64,000 nt of DNA from Candidatus Parcubacteria bacterium (GCA_039795775.1 JBDKLC010000005.1:379958-443957), one strand, 5' to 3'; positions 48,424 to 59,176 are shown, numbered from the stretch's first letter. Made by a program: numbers and translations. The notes: generated by a model from the sequence alone, not told the origin.

Positions 48424-50586
48424 CTATCGTTTAGTACTTGTTGATGATGTTGAATTTGCTGACGAAGTCGAAGAGGCTGTAGATGTAGCTTTTGGAGTTG
48501 TTACAGGCCCTGCTGTTCCAGGCTTGAGTGATTGAATCTGGCTCAAGAGAGAAAGAGCTTCGCTGAAATCAGCTTTCTTCAGGAGAGCTTGCTGAAGTTG
48601 ATCTGTTGCTCCTTTAGCATCTTGGGCATAGGCAAACAGTCGAGCAATAAGAAGGTCTGGGAGCGGACTTGTTGGATTCAAAACTTTTGCCTGTTCGTAT
48701 GCTTGTTTAGCGAGAATACCTGACCCATCTACCCCGAGGAGTCCAGCACTTTCATAAATAGATCCTAAAAGAATCCAGTTTTGATAGTTTGATGGATTTA
48801 CTACAAGCGCAGCTTCTCGTGAAGCGAGCAACGCATCGTTCAAGAACGTAGCATTCTTTTCTGTAAGCTCAGCTTTTTTTGATTGTTCGAATACTTGTCG
48901 AAGCTGGAGAAGTCGGAATTGTGAGAAGGATCGGAGATACGCATCATTCAAATCTTTTTGAAGTGCCATCGCTAAATACTTTTCTGCTGTAGGTATATCT
49001 CCACCGTTTGCAGATTGAATAGCTTTATTCATATTGAGTGAAGCAGCGAAATGTCGTGTCCAAGTAAATGCAACTGCAATCGCTGCAATCATAATGATGA
49101 TTGAGAACAACACAGCAACGAATCCTTTTTTCTGATTTGAAATCCAACTGAATTCACTTGTAGTCAAAATATTTTCTCTATAGAGAGACGCAAAGAGAAG
49201 ACCTGTAAAGAAGAATGCGAGAAGAAGGATAACAGGACCAGTCACTGTAAGGAATGCCATTAACCACAAATATCCAGATGCGAGGAGTGACGATACGATA
49301 AGGTACTGAGAGAATTTATCTTTGAGGCCAGCAAACGCTCCCTTCCAACCATAGAAGAATACAATTCCTAGGAAGAAGAGCCATGCCAAGAATCCTAAGA
49401 TACCTGTTGTAACAAAGAATGTTGGAATATATCCAGAACCGTAGTTGAAGTCTGTATTCCAGAATATAGTGTTATTTACAGCTCCTGGTTTAAAAAGAGC
49501 CCATGATGCAAAGAATCTATTTGGACCTACACCAAAGAGCGCATCGACTACTCCGGATTCTACTACTTTTGCTCCAACTTGAAATGTCGCATTAAGTGTT
49601 GGTCGAACATCAACTACTTCTGTTTGTGAAATACCAATTTTTTCATAAAGAAATGCTGTAATTGGTTGAGCTCCAATAGTAAACACAACAGCAAATACCA
49701 ACACAATAAATGATGGAATTGGAAGATTGTATTTCTTTTTTAGAGCAGGTGCTCCGTCTACGCCGTCTGTCTTTCGAGACTGCTTATAATTCGCAGATAC
49801 TGTATACACAAACACAAAAAGTGCTACGAGTCCGACAATGACTGTGGCAGGAACAGCAAATAATGTTGAATCAAAGAATGTATAGAAGTTTGCAATTCCA
49901 AGGAGGATCAAAGAAAGGACAAGTACTGCAGAAAGAATCCATTTGAATGCTTTACTAAGTGTAACCAACTCAAGAGTGATGAAAGAAAGAATTACTCCAA
50001 GACCAGCATATGCACCGAAATCATTCCATGCACCAACAGTGTTTGAAGCCATTGTTGGCAAAAGGGTCTGAAGACCAAGGAAGTTTACACCCATAGCAAA
50101 TCGTAAGAGATGAACTACTGCGATAACAATGAATCCAACGAAGAATGTGAGATACGCTGTGAACACTCGCTGTTTTGTAGAAAAGAGATATGAACAAAGA
50201 ATAACAAGAAGAAAACCAAGTGATAGGAAGTACACTGTATCGAATTCAAAACCAAGTCCGATAAGACCACCAGATACATGAGGTGATGTGAGTGCAGCAA
50301 ATGCTGTTACAACAGGAACAGCAAATAGTGCAATGAGAACTTTTCGAGGTTTGAGGAGAAGAGAACCTTCACTTACAGATTGAGCCAAGAAAAGAATGCA
50401 TGCCGCAAGAATAGAGTATGTAGCTAGAGCAATTTTTACATAACTAAATCCGATGAGTGATTGTGGTAACACCAAGAGCGGAATGAGTCCGACAAATGCG
50501 CTGATAATGATAAGTGATAATTTTTCAAAAATAGAAGTTTTTTGAGATTTTGGCTGTTCTTCAATGTTCATTGTTGTAGGTTCCAT
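48424..50586 (-). CDS. Polytopic membrane protein (O-antigen ligase-like) with C-terminal TPR-like helices
   Basis: Many TM helices, FGVGPNRF and TTGILG motifs, helical tail AYEQAKVLNP. Confidence 0.7.
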   Translation of the reverse strand: MEPTTMNIEEQPKSQKTSIFEKLSLIIISAFVGLIPLLVLPQSLIGFSYVKIALATYSILAACILFLAQSVSEGSLLLKPRKVLIALFAVPVVTAFAALTSPHVSGGLIGLGFEFDTVYFLSLGFLLVILCSYLFSTKQRVFTAYLTFFVGFIVIAVVHLLRFAMGVNFLGLQTLLPTMASNTVGAWNDFGAYAGLGVILSFITLELVTLSKAFKWILSAVLVLSLILLGIANFYTFFDSTLFAVPATVIVGLVALFVFVYTVSANYKQSRKTDGVDGAPALKKKYNLPIPSFIVLVFAVVFTIGAQPITAFLYEKIGISQTEVVDVRPTLNATFQVGAKVVESGVVDALFGVGPNRFFASWALFKPGAVNNTIFWNTDFNYGSGYIPTFFVTTGILGFLAWLFFLGIVFFYGWKGAFAGLKDKFSQYLIVSSLLASGYLWLMAFLTVTGPVILLLAFFFTGLLFASLYRENILTTSEFSWISNQKKGFVAVLFSIIIMIAAIAVAFTWTRHFAASLNMNKAIQSANGGDIPTAEKYLAMALQKDLNDAYLRSFSQFRLLQLRQVFEQSKKAELTEKNATFLNDALLASREAALVVNPSNYQNWILLGSIYESAGLLGVDGSGILAKQAYEQAKVLNPTSPLPDLLIARLFAYAQDAKGATDQLQQALLKKADFSEALSLLSQIQSLKPGTAGPVTTPKATSTASSTSSANSTSSTSTKR

Positions 50587-50704
50587 CCCTCTATTATAGT
50601 TGATTGACGGTCTTACTACAATAAAAAGACGGCCTTAACTGGTGATAATTCATCGTTTTAAAAGCTTGGTTGAATTTATCTGAAATACGTGATATAATAT
50701 ACTC

Positions 50705-51106
50705 GTTCGTATCGGATAGTTGCTGATATTCTTTACTGAATGTCAGAGGAAAGTCCGAACACTTCCCTTTTCTACTTCGGTAGATCATGGAGCCAGGTAG
50801 CGGGTAACGCCCGTCTGGAGCAATTCAAGAGGTGCGAGCAGTGACGTGATGTTCCGAAAGGAATATCAGGTCCATCAGCGAAAGTTGGTGGATCAATCTT
50901 TAGACATAAGCTTGTCGAAACTAAAGAGTGAAACGGCAAAATCCTTACCCGAGTGCAAGGCCGTACTTTGTATCATTCTTCGGAACGATACACTGGGTGC
51001 CGCTCGAGCCACACAGCAATGGGTGGCCCAGATAAATAACTATCGGTTTGCGTTTGTAGCTTCTACAACAAATGCGAACTACAGAATTCGGCTTATAGAT
51101 ACGAAC
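50705..51106 (+). ncRNA. rnpB: RNase P RNA
   Basis: P1 GTTCGTATC/GATACGAAC; GAGGAAAGTCC, GGGTAACGCCC, GTGAAACGG, GTGCAAG and ACAGAATTCGGCTTA conserved regions. Confidence 0.95.
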
Positions 51107-51170
51107 ACATAAATCAAAACAGCCAGCGTAAGCTGGCTGTTTTGCTATTTTCATATATCATTTAGCTTAT

Positions 51171-51599
51171 ATGGCAAAATTCAACCACCAAGCTTTAGGA
51201 CTCACAGGAGACAAGCCTCTCGTATATACTGCAATGTCTAAGCATCTGTTTTACTTCCGTATGTTTATTTCAAAATTTGTATTAGAGCAAGGAGGCATTC
51301 CTCTTAACCCATTCATGGTGTTCGACTATTTCTTATTAGACAGTATCGATCGAGATATAGTTCGTGAAGGAAACAACAACCTCGTAAAACGTGCAGATGA
51401 AATTTGGGTATTTGGGTCTATCAGTGATGGCGTTCTTGCTGAAATTAAAATAGCTCAAGCCACTAAAAGAACAGTTCGTTATTTCATTGTTGAAAAATCT
51501 CGTACAATTAAAGAAGTTAGTGGAGAGCAAATGAAGTTTGAAGAAGAAATCGAACAGCATCGTGATGAATTCTTAAAAAGCATTTCTATTTCTCACTAA
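51171..51599 (+). CDS. Hypothetical protein, possibly nucleoside deoxyribosyltransferase-like (DUF4406-type) fold
   Basis: VY..S, PLNP, ADEIWVFG.IS.GV..EI..A motif. Confidence 0.6.
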   Translation: MAKFNHQALGLTGDKPLVYTAMSKHLFYFRMFISKFVLEQGGIPLNPFMVFDYFLLDSIDRDIVREGNNNLVKRADEIWVFGSISDGVLAEIKIAQATKRTVRYFIVEKSRTIKEVSGEQMKFEEEIEQHRDEFLKSISISH

Positions 51600-51602
51600 A
51601 TA

Positions 51603-51634
51603 AAAAAACACCCCGTCTGTACGGGGTGTTTTTT
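51603..51634. terminator. Bidirectional terminator
   Basis: AAAAAACACCCCGT..ACGGGGTGTTTTTT between convergent genes. Confidence 0.75.
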
Positions 51635-51660
51635 GTTTAAAGAGAGCTTACGCTGAATTT

Positions 51661-54030
51661 TTAAGCTGACTTTGCTACCTGAGGTACTTCGTCGATTTCG
51701 CACGCACCACCAGCACAAGCCAATTCTTTTTTGAGGTCGATGTTTTCGTTTGTCTTCTCGTAAAGAACGATCTTTGAGTAGTCGATGTGTTCGTATCGCT
51801 TCAAGAGTTCTTCATACTGCTCTTTTGTACATTCTTCGTATGGAGCAAGCTGATATACGTGTTCTGATCGAGGAAGGAATGAAAGACCACCGATGTGTTC
51901 CCAGTTTTTGTATACCCAGTTACCCGCTTCAATCCATTCATCAGCACCGATAGAAATTGTCGCTGACGGGTTGTGGTCTGTGAAGTTAAGTTTTACATTC
52001 TTCCAGAACTCGAGCTGGTCGATAGCTGAAAGGTCATCTTTGAACTTTGAGCCTTCTGGTGCCTTCACAGGGAAGTCGATTACGAATGTAGTAGCTGTTT
52101 CAGCATTCTGCCCCACTTCTGGACTAAATGGTACTCCTTGATCCTTGAGCATCTGGAAGAGAGCGTCTGTTGCAGAGATTCGAATTCGTCGGATGTAATA
52201 TGGAGCGTGTCGAGCGTGGATACCAGATGAACAATCTACAGTCTGTGATGTGTTTCCTGATGGCTTCACACATGTGATCGCTGTTGATGGATTTACACCA
52301 AATCGTTTTGCATAGAGTTTGTTTACTCGTTCTGCTTCAGCTCGAAGCTTTCGAAGAACTTCTGGCTTTCGTACTACTGGAGAATCCCACATACCAGAGA
52401 TAGATACACCGAGGAGTCGTTCTTCTTCACAGTTTTCCTTCCATTCTTTTGAAAGATAAATGAAGTTTGTAAATGTTGACTGATAGGTACCGAGGATTGC
52501 AGCTACTTTGATCTTTCGCATAAGTGACGCTTCTGTATCTTCGTGTCGTGCAATCACTTCTGAAAGGTTACAGAACTGCTTTGGTCGAAGAATAATTTCT
52601 CCGCAAGGGTTTGTACCAAATCGGTCAAACCATGCAGCTGAAATTTTCTTTCGTCGGTCAGGAATAGATGTTCGAAGACTACCTCGGTTGAAAATACCTG
52701 GTTCGCCAGATCCAGCCTTTACGAGCTGTGTCCAGTTTTCGAGGAATGTCGCACTATCTGGTCGTGTCATATAGATAGCAGAGTTGTTTGCGAGTGCTCG
52801 CTGTGGCTCTACTGCCCAGAACTGGCCATTTTTTGCGTCTCGAATGTCTGTATTTGAAAGTTCGAAAAGAGAAATAAGAGCTGTTCGTCGTACGCCTCCT
52901 GATACTACCCCTTCACCGATCTTACAGATCATATCGTGAGCATCGAGGTTACTGAGGTGACCTCCCTGTCGTGCGAGAATCTTTGTTCGGAAGAAGTTAT
53001 GAATATCGATGAGTGGCTGTGGACCTGAACTCTTTCCACCTGTTGTCACGAGTCGAGCACCAGATGGTCGAAGGAGTGAGTAGTCTACTTTTACATCGTT
53101 ACCGTTGAACCATTGTTCCATAACGAATGCGAGTGAGTCAGACCAACCTTCTCGTGAATCTTGTACTGTGTACTCAATAACTTTACCTGTCTGATACTTG
53201 ATCTGTGGAAGAGCCTGAATGTTTTCACTTTCTACTGAGAACCCTACGCCGCATCCTGACATAGAGAGGAACATAATTTCAGCAAAGTCCTGGAATGATC
53301 GAGGAGCTGTAAACGAACAGTTATAGGCTGAGGCATGATTTCGTCGAGCTGCTGCACCAGAGAACTGGATGAGTCGCATAGAAGGAACGGCTTCGTGTCG
53401 GAGAATAGTTTCTCGAACTTCCTTGTATTCTGTATCCTTGAGTTTGTCACCGAGGTTTTCCTGCATGAAAGCCATGTATCGGTCTACTGTTTCTACCCAA
53501 GTTTCTCGTCGGACTTCTTCATCACTCCATCGAGAGTATGTTCGGTAGTACACCAATTCACCAAGAGGGTTTCGGAAATATTTTTTACTTTCAGCGGCAA
53601 GTTGCTTAACTTTTTCAGGTACCTGGATGTTCTTTTCTCGAATCTTTGCATGTTCTGCTCGATACAAGATATATGACTTCGCAGTTCTGATGTATTCAGA
53701 AAGAATAAGCTCGTTTTCAACGATATTTTGGATACCTTCTACGTCTGGAAGGAAGTTCTTGAACTTCTTCGAGATTCGAACGAGTTCGGCATACACTTTA
53801 TTTGCCACCATTTCGGCTTCTTCCCAAGATCCTTCACCTGTAGCAATCATTGCCTTGTGGATGGCACTGATTACTCGGTTGAGGTCGAAGGCAACGATTT
53901 CGCCACTTCGCTTGTGAACTCGTTTTACGAGGAGTTCTCTCTTACTCTCTGATTTCGATTCAACTTTTTCTACTTTAGTCTCTACTTTCTTTTCGACTAC
54001 CTTCTTTTTTGATTTTTTTGCCTTAGCCAT
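51661..54030 (-). CDS. nrdJ: Class II (adenosylcobalamin-dependent) ribonucleotide reductase with ATP cone
   Basis: ATP cone (VHKRSG..FD..I), YYRTYSR, YNC, TNPCGEI, TCVKPSG, C-terminal ACAGGACE. Confidence 0.92.
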   Translation of the reverse strand: MAKAKKSKKKVVEKKVETKVEKVESKSESKRELLVKRVHKRSGEIVAFDLNRVISAIHKAMIATGEGSWEEAEMVANKVYAELVRISKKFKNFLPDVEGIQNIVENELILSEYIRTAKSYILYRAEHAKIREKNIQVPEKVKQLAAESKKYFRNPLGELVYYRTYSRWSDEEVRRETWVETVDRYMAFMQENLGDKLKDTEYKEVRETILRHEAVPSMRLIQFSGAAARRNHASAYNCSFTAPRSFQDFAEIMFLSMSGCGVGFSVESENIQALPQIKYQTGKVIEYTVQDSREGWSDSLAFVMEQWFNGNDVKVDYSLLRPSGARLVTTGGKSSGPQPLIDIHNFFRTKILARQGGHLSNLDAHDMICKIGEGVVSGGVRRTALISLFELSNTDIRDAKNGQFWAVEPQRALANNSAIYMTRPDSATFLENWTQLVKAGSGEPGIFNRGSLRTSIPDRRKKISAAWFDRFGTNPCGEIILRPKQFCNLSEVIARHEDTEASLMRKIKVAAILGTYQSTFTNFIYLSKEWKENCEEERLLGVSISGMWDSPVVRKPEVLRKLRAEAERVNKLYAKRFGVNPSTAITCVKPSGNTSQTVDCSSGIHARHAPYYIRRIRISATDALFQMLKDQGVPFSPEVGQNAETATTFVIDFPVKAPEGSKFKDDLSAIDQLEFWKNVKLNFTDHNPSATISIGADEWIEAGNWVYKNWEHIGGLSFLPRSEHVYQLAPYEECTKEQYEELLKRYEHIDYSKIVLYEKTNENIDLKKELACAGGACEIDEVPQVAKSA

Positions 54031-54138
54031 AAGCCGTTCTAAGTTAACTTTATAAGTACTATTTGATAATTTGCACGTTGCGCTGTAAAAAATATTTTTA
54101 CGAACCTAATTGTACTCCACTACCCCCCTCAAAATGCC

Positions 54139-54147
54139 TGTGGATAA
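54139..54147 (-). promoter_or_regulatory. Consensus DnaA box upstream of nrdJ
   Basis: TGTGGATAA (TTATCCACA on the minus strand). Confidence 0.45.
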
Positions 54148-54209
54148 CTGAAAAAAATATAGCTGAATACAGTTTTGGTTGATTGTAAAATGCGTACGAC
54201 AAACGCGCG

Positions 54210-54755
54210 CTAGTTTGAGGCATTTTTGAGAATGTTTGTATCAAAAATTAAGAGGTCTCCCGTTTTTATTTTTAAATTTTTAACGGTCCCATCTGCTACT
54301 TCAACGACAACACGGGCTGGTGCTGTTGGGATGAATGCTTGAGGAGGATTTTTGAAGAATGAATCGGGCGTAGCATGCTCTTGAATGTATACGATAGAGC
54401 CATTTTCATCAGCCCAAATGATGTCTATAGAAAACTTCATGTCTTTCATCCAAAATCCATAATTGCCGTTTGTAGGAAAGACAAAGAGCATAGCTTCGTT
54501 GGAGCCCAGACATTCCCTTCCACTCAATCCTTGTTCTCGGAGCGCTGCTGTAGCTACTACGTCGGCAGCAAATGCTGTACCATTTATAAAAAGTGAGACA
54601 GTAGATGACGCTGCATTTTGAGCTAGCTTATCTGCTTGCTTGGGTGTCAGAGGATAGCTACTAAATCCAAGCCAAAGGCCTCCGACAATAGCAACAAAAG
54701 CGACCCCCAAAATGAGAATCGCTTTTGTTGTTCTGTTTTGAGACAGAGAAAACAC
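54210..54755 (-). CDS. DUF192 family protein
   Basis: REQGLSGR, AMLFVF, FWMKDMKFSIDIIW, VVEV. Confidence 0.88.
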   Translation of the reverse strand: MFSLSQNRTTKAILILGVAFVAIVGGLWLGFSSYPLTPKQADKLAQNAASSTVSLFINGTAFAADVVATAALREQGLSGRECLGSNEAMLFVFPTNGNYGFWMKDMKFSIDIIWADENGSIVYIQEHATPDSFFKNPPQAFIPTAPARVVVEVADGTVKNLKIKTGDLLIFDTNILKNASN

Positions 54756-54764
54756 GAAAATAGA

Positions 54765-55001
54765 TTATTTACTTTCTACGTTGCACACACCTTTCTTGTG
54801 GTCACATTCTTCGTGACAGTTGCAACTCTGTGAGCCCCAGAAACCTCGCTTCCAGCAGCATCCTTTTCGGAGCACCATCCATGCACCAACTACGATGAGT
54901 GCAATTGGCCATACAATACTCATTGTCTGTGAAGTCAAAAGACCTGTGTTGTTGAGAAGAGCTAATAAACCAAGAATGATAAGAACAATTCCAAATCGCA
55001 T
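54765..55001 (-). CDS. Small membrane protein (LiaF/DUF5668-like TM pair) with Cys-rich tail
   Basis: GIVLIILG..LLNN..WPIALIVVG followed by a C-terminus with 6 Cys. Confidence 0.7.
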   Translation of the reverse strand: MRFGIVLIILGLLALLNNTGLLTSQTMSIVWPIALIVVGAWMVLRKGCCWKRGFWGSQSCNCHEECDHKKGVCNVESK

Positions 55002-55082
55002 GTAGATTAAATTATGTTGATGATAACGAATATAAGTATATCAAGATACACTCAGATTGAAATAGCAAACCTGTTGATTAGT

Positions 55083-55502
55083 TTATTTTTTGTCTGATGT
55101 ATCTTCTATCGGTGCGAGCTCAAGTGAGCATGAGTTCATACAGTATCGCTTCCCTGTTGAATCTCTTGGTCCATCATCAAACACATGTCCGAGGTGTGCA
55201 CCACATCGAGCACATGTTACTTCGACGCGACTCATACCGTGACTTGTATCTTCTACAAAATGCACATGTTCTTTGTTGATTGGATCATCAAACGATGGCC
55301 ATCCAGTACCTGAGTCAAACTTTGTATCTGACGAGAAAAGTTCAAGCCCACAGTTTGAACATTTATATACGCCTCTTTTGTGTTCATTCCAGTACTTTCC
55401 AGTAAATGCTGCTTCAGTACCCTTTTCTCGAGTGACACTGTAGACCTCAGGATCAAGTTCTTTCTTCCACTCTTCATTTGATTTGTTTAATTGATCAACC
55501 AT
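55083..55502 (-). CDS. msrB: Peptide-methionine (R)-S-oxide reductase
   Basis: GTEAAF, CSNC, GTGWPSF, HLGHVFDDGP, RYCMNS. Confidence 0.96.
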   Translation of the reverse strand: MVDQLNKSNEEWKKELDPEVYSVTREKGTEAAFTGKYWNEHKRGVYKCSNCGLELFSSDTKFDSGTGWPSFDDPINKEHVHFVEDTSHGMSRVEVTCARCGAHLGHVFDDGPRDSTGKRYCMNSCSLELAPIEDTSDKK

Positions 55503-55589
55503 AGGTAGTAGATTATTGTTTATATCTGTATTTATATCATTATTCCTCTATCCACACGAGTATTTCGAGACATACCGTATACTTGTGAT

Positions 55590-56057
55590 ATGCAGACGTC
55601 AACATCATTCAATCAATTTTTTAAATTCGCCATTGTTGGTGTTGTTAATACAGGAATTGACCTGGCTGTACTCAATGGCCTTATTGCTCTTTTTGGTCTC
55701 AGTAAAGGCGATTGGAAATACGTCTTATATAAAGCTATTTCTTTTCTATTCGCAGTTACAAACAGTTTCATTCTAAATAAATTTTGGGTCTTCAACTATA
55801 CAAAAGACGAATCTGTATCTGGACATCTGCACAAGGAAATTACTTCTTTTGTTACGGTTAGTGTAATCGGCATTATTATAAATACGGCGATTTCTACAAT
55901 CGTATTTACAAGTGCACATACTATTGTTCCTTCAGTATCTACATCAACTTGGGCAACTGTATCAGCTCTAGCCGGTACTTGTGCGGTGCTCATTTCAAAC
56001 TTTTTTGGATATAAGTTTTGGGTATTTAAAAAAAGAATTACTAGTCTTCACAGTTAA
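55590..56057 (+). CDS. GtrA-family flippase
   Basis: KFAIVGVVNT.ID, NSFILNKFWVF, NFFGYKFWVF. Confidence 0.88.
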   Translation: MQTSTSFNQFFKFAIVGVVNTGIDLAVLNGLIALFGLSKGDWKYVLYKAISFLFAVTNSFILNKFWVFNYTKDESVSGHLHKEITSFVTVSVIGIIINTAISTIVFTSAHTIVPSVSTSTWATVSALAGTCAVLISNFFGYKFWVFKKRITSLHS

Positions 56058-56078
56058 TAAATACGTTATCAAGATTGT

Positions 56079-56801
56079 ATGTTTCTATCTATTATCATTC
56101 CCTGCTACAACGAAGAGCAACGAATCAAAAAGACGCTCACTCGTATTAATGAATACTTGTCTCATCAACAGTATGAATCAGAGGTGATAGTTGTCGATAA
56201 TGGATCAACAGATACGACAAAAGCAATTGTCGAAGCATACATATCGGATATGAAGAACCTCCGAATTATTTCTAAAAAAAGTTATGGCAAAGGGTGGGCA
56301 GTAAAACAAGGAATGATTGAAGCAACCGGTGAATATCGATTATTCACAGATGCTGACAATTCTACTGATATCGCTCACCTCGATACCTTCCTACCCGTAG
56401 CACAGCACGAAGGATATGATGTCGTTATAAGTTCTCGACGAGTAGCTGGAGCAACAATTGCTCATCCACAACCTTGGCACAGACGAATACTCAGCAATAT
56501 GTTTGCATTCATCGTACGAAGTACTATGCCACTTGGTATCAAAGATACTCAAAATGGCTTCAAATTATTTTCAAAAAAAGCTGCAAAAAAGATATTTTCA
56601 ATGCAGACTATTTATTACTGGGCATTTGATGTTGAAATTCTTGCTCTAGCAAAAAAGTTTGACTTCCGAATAAAAGAGGTGCCGATTAAATGGATGAATG
56701 ACGAGGACAGCAAAATGAATTTCAAAGGTATGGCTCGTATGCTTCTTGAAGTGATCACAATTCGTTTTCGAATGATGACCAACAGCTATACTAACCGTTA
56801 A
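56079..56801 (+). CDS. GT2 polyprenol-phosphate glycosyltransferase
   Basis: SIIIPCYNEE, VDNGSTD, GKG, DAD, DTQNGFKLF, FDVE. Confidence 0.92.
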   Translation: MFLSIIIPCYNEEQRIKKTLTRINEYLSHQQYESEVIVVDNGSTDTTKAIVEAYISDMKNLRIISKKSYGKGWAVKQGMIEATGEYRLFTDADNSTDIAHLDTFLPVAQHEGYDVVISSRRVAGATIAHPQPWHRRILSNMFAFIVRSTMPLGIKDTQNGFKLFSKKAAKKIFSMQTIYYWAFDVEILALAKKFDFRIKEVPIKWMNDEDSKMNFKGMARMLLEVITIRFRMMTNSYTNR

Positions 56802-57204
56802 CTGTATCTTCAGGAATCTTTTTATCTAAATAAGCTTGTGATGTAGCAATAATCCGACTACCAATATCTTTAACTTTTTGAATATATTGAGTTTTAACTT
56901 CATCGGCAACAACATCTTCACGTTGAAGATGTTGCATCTCCTTGATCATTGGAAAGAAATCAGTCTCTATAGACTCAAATTCTGCATTTCCGATTTCATG
57001 ATCGCTATGCATGAGCTGTAGCTCTCCATATATCGCGTTCATAACAGTTCCCATTGCAAATTGCCATGTTACCTGACGACCAGTACGACTCATTTCATTT
57101 GCAATATTTTGTTCCATATTAGATATCATCTGATTGAGCATGATATGTGATTGAACTTCATTACTTCCTGAATCACCCTCGATTGATTCTACATGTTTTA
57201 ACAT
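56791..57204 (-). CDS. Hypothetical protein
   Basis: Acidic helical ORF directly downstream of htpX. Confidence 0.6.
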   Translation of the reverse strand: MLKHVESIEGDSGSNEVQSHIMLNQMISNMEQNIANEMSRTGRQVTWQFAMGTVMNAIYGELQLMHSDHEIGNAEFESIETDFFPMIKEMQHLQREDVVADEVKTQYIQKVKDIGSRIIATSQAYLDKKIPEDTVNG

Positions 57205-57208
57205 ATAG

Positions 57209-58108
57209 TTATTTATTAGCAGTACCTACTAATGCGGCGATGCGGTCTTCTGTCGGTGGATGTGTCATGAATAATTTGTGCAAACCTTTTACTGCACCTG
57301 CCCCAAACGGGTTTGATATATATAAATGAGCAGTCGCATTTGATGCGTGCTGTAATGGCCGACCGTATGCAGAGATTTTTCGTAATGCACTAGCGAGTCC
57401 GTCAGGATATCGTGTAAGAAGCGCACCTGATGCATCAGCAAGGAATTCTCTACGTCGAGAAATAGCGAGTTGAATCACTGTTGCAATAATTGGAGAAAGA
57501 ATAATAAATATAACACCAATAATCATAAGGATCCCACCTGATCGGTTATTTTCGTTGTCACTGTGACCTCCCCACAATCGTGATCGAATAAACATATCTG
57601 AAATGATAGAGATAACTCCTACGAGCACCACAACCACACTCGAAAGTAATATGTCTCGATTTCCAATATGTGAAAGTTCATGCGCGATTACACCTTCGAG
57701 TTCAGATCTATCCATCATTTGAAGAAGACCTGTTGTTACTGCTACAGCAGCATGGTCTTTGTTTCGTCCAGTTGCAAATGCATTTGGAGCAGGATCGTTG
57801 ATGACGTACAAACGAGGTTTTGGGAGTCCTGCAGTAATAGAGAGGTTCTCTACAATTCGGTGAAGCTCAGCATATTCTGCAACTGAAGCTTCTTTTGCGT
57901 GAGCGAGAGAAAGTGCAATCTTGTCCGAGAACCAATAACTCGTAATATTCATGACCATACTAAATCCAAGGGCAATATATAGAATCGCAACATCGTTGTA
58001 ATACATGCTCAGAAAATAGCCTATACCTCCAATAACCGCGAGAAAAATTGCCATCAAAAACCATGTCCGAGAAATATTGCGAGACTGTTGTGTATACAAT
58101 GTAGCCAT
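57209..58108 (-). CDS. htpX: Zinc metalloprotease HtpX
   Basis: PNAFATGR, AHELSH, SRRREFLAD, THPP. Confidence 0.95.
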   Translation of the reverse strand: MATLYTQQSRNISRTWFLMAIFLAVIGGIGYFLSMYYNDVAILYIALGFSMVMNITSYWFSDKIALSLAHAKEASVAEYAELHRIVENLSITAGLPKPRLYVINDPAPNAFATGRNKDHAAVAVTTGLLQMMDRSELEGVIAHELSHIGNRDILLSSVVVVLVGVISIISDMFIRSRLWGGHSDNENNRSGGILMIIGVIFIILSPIIATVIQLAISRRREFLADASGALLTRYPDGLASALRKISAYGRPLQHASNATAHLYISNPFGAGAVKGLHKLFMTHPPTEDRIAALVGTANK

Positions 58109-58168
58109 ATATATAGCGTAGCAAATGTACAATAAAATACCACTCCTTTTGGAAGTGGTATTTTCGGA

Positions 58169-58627
58169 CTATTTTCGAACAACTACTGTTTTCGCAATAA
58201 TATCGTGGAGCGCCTGTTTTTTTTCTGTGAACAAGACCATGAGATATCCGATCAAAAGAATAAATCCTGAAAGGTATTTTGAAACGGTTCGTACGAGTGC
58301 ACGCTGAGGTGTGATTCGTTCACCGTTGAGACCTGTCACCTTAATCTTGAGAGCTTGTTTACCAATAGTAGCTTGGTGTGAGCCACTTTCCATCCAAGTA
58401 AAGTATCCGAGGAATACGATAACGCTCAACAAATTCTCGAGAGCTGTTGATTCTTGAACGAGAGTAAAAGAAGTTGGCCCAGCAACAACAACTTGAATAA
58501 GAAGACCAACCACACCGATCAGAAATCCGTCGATCAGCGCAGCGCCAACACGCTTCCAAAATCCTGCATATTCTACAACACTTGCTCCGACTACTTCTGC
58601 TTCAATAGGGGTACCTGTAGGTTCCAT
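58169..58627 (-). CDS. RDD family protein
   Basis: YAGFWKRVGAALID, QATIGK, QALHD. Confidence 0.92.
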   Translation of the reverse strand: MEPTGTPIEAEVVGASVVEYAGFWKRVGAALIDGFLIGVVGLLIQVVVAGPTSFTLVQESTALENLLSVIVFLGYFTWMESGSHQATIGKQALKIKVTGLNGERITPQRALVRTVSKYLSGFILLIGYLMVLFTEKKQALHDIIAKTVVVRK

Positions 58628-58681
58628 AACTAAAATAATTTAAATTAATTGTTCAATATCTAACTCGGAAATTATATCAGA

Positions 58682-59176
58682 CTATTTTCCTTTGAGAATA
58701 TTTTCCACCATTTCAATTTCTTCATATATACCTTCAATGAGATCGTAGCCTTTCGCCTCTGGCTCTGTGACCCACGCATATTCCACACTGTCACCATCGA
58801 GCTTCACATCACCTGAGACAAACGGTGCATAGTAACTAAATGTAATAACTGGAATTCCATCTGGTCGAATAAATGTAAGATCAAGTAAAAAATCGAGCTT
58901 CCCTACTTCTACATTCACTTCTTCCTGGATTTCACGCTTGAGAGATACAACGAGAGAGTTGTACCACGCGCTACCATGCTGTGGCTCACCGTGTACATAA
59001 TCATCAGTACTCAAACCACCTCCAGGTACAGTCCATTTATTTGGGTGAACTTTTTTTGTTGGACTTCTTTTTGTAATGAGATATTTAAATACCCCATCTT
59101 CTTTTTTATAAATAATTGCTGTCGATGTAATTCGATGAAGTTCCTTATCTTGTATGAGTTCAATATTGTGAGCCAT
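58682..59176 (-). CDS. NUDIX hydrolase
   Basis: WTVPGG and LKREIQEEVN Nudix box with insertion. Confidence 0.85.
   Translation of the reverse strand: MAHNIELIQDKELHRITSTAIIYKKEDGVFKYLITKRSPTKKVHPNKWTVPGGGLSTDDYVHGEPQHGSAWYNSLVVSLKREIQEEVNVEVGKLDFLLDLTFIRPDGIPVITFSYYAPFVSGDVKLDGDSVEYAWVTEPEAKGYDLIEGIYEEIEMVENILKGK

Noticed and set aside
50594-51154. Three short ORFs
   Set aside because: They overlap RNase P RNA.
54100-54200. Replication origin at the DnaA box
   Set aside because: Only one perfect box, a short intergenic region, no box cluster, and no dnaA/dnaN nearby.
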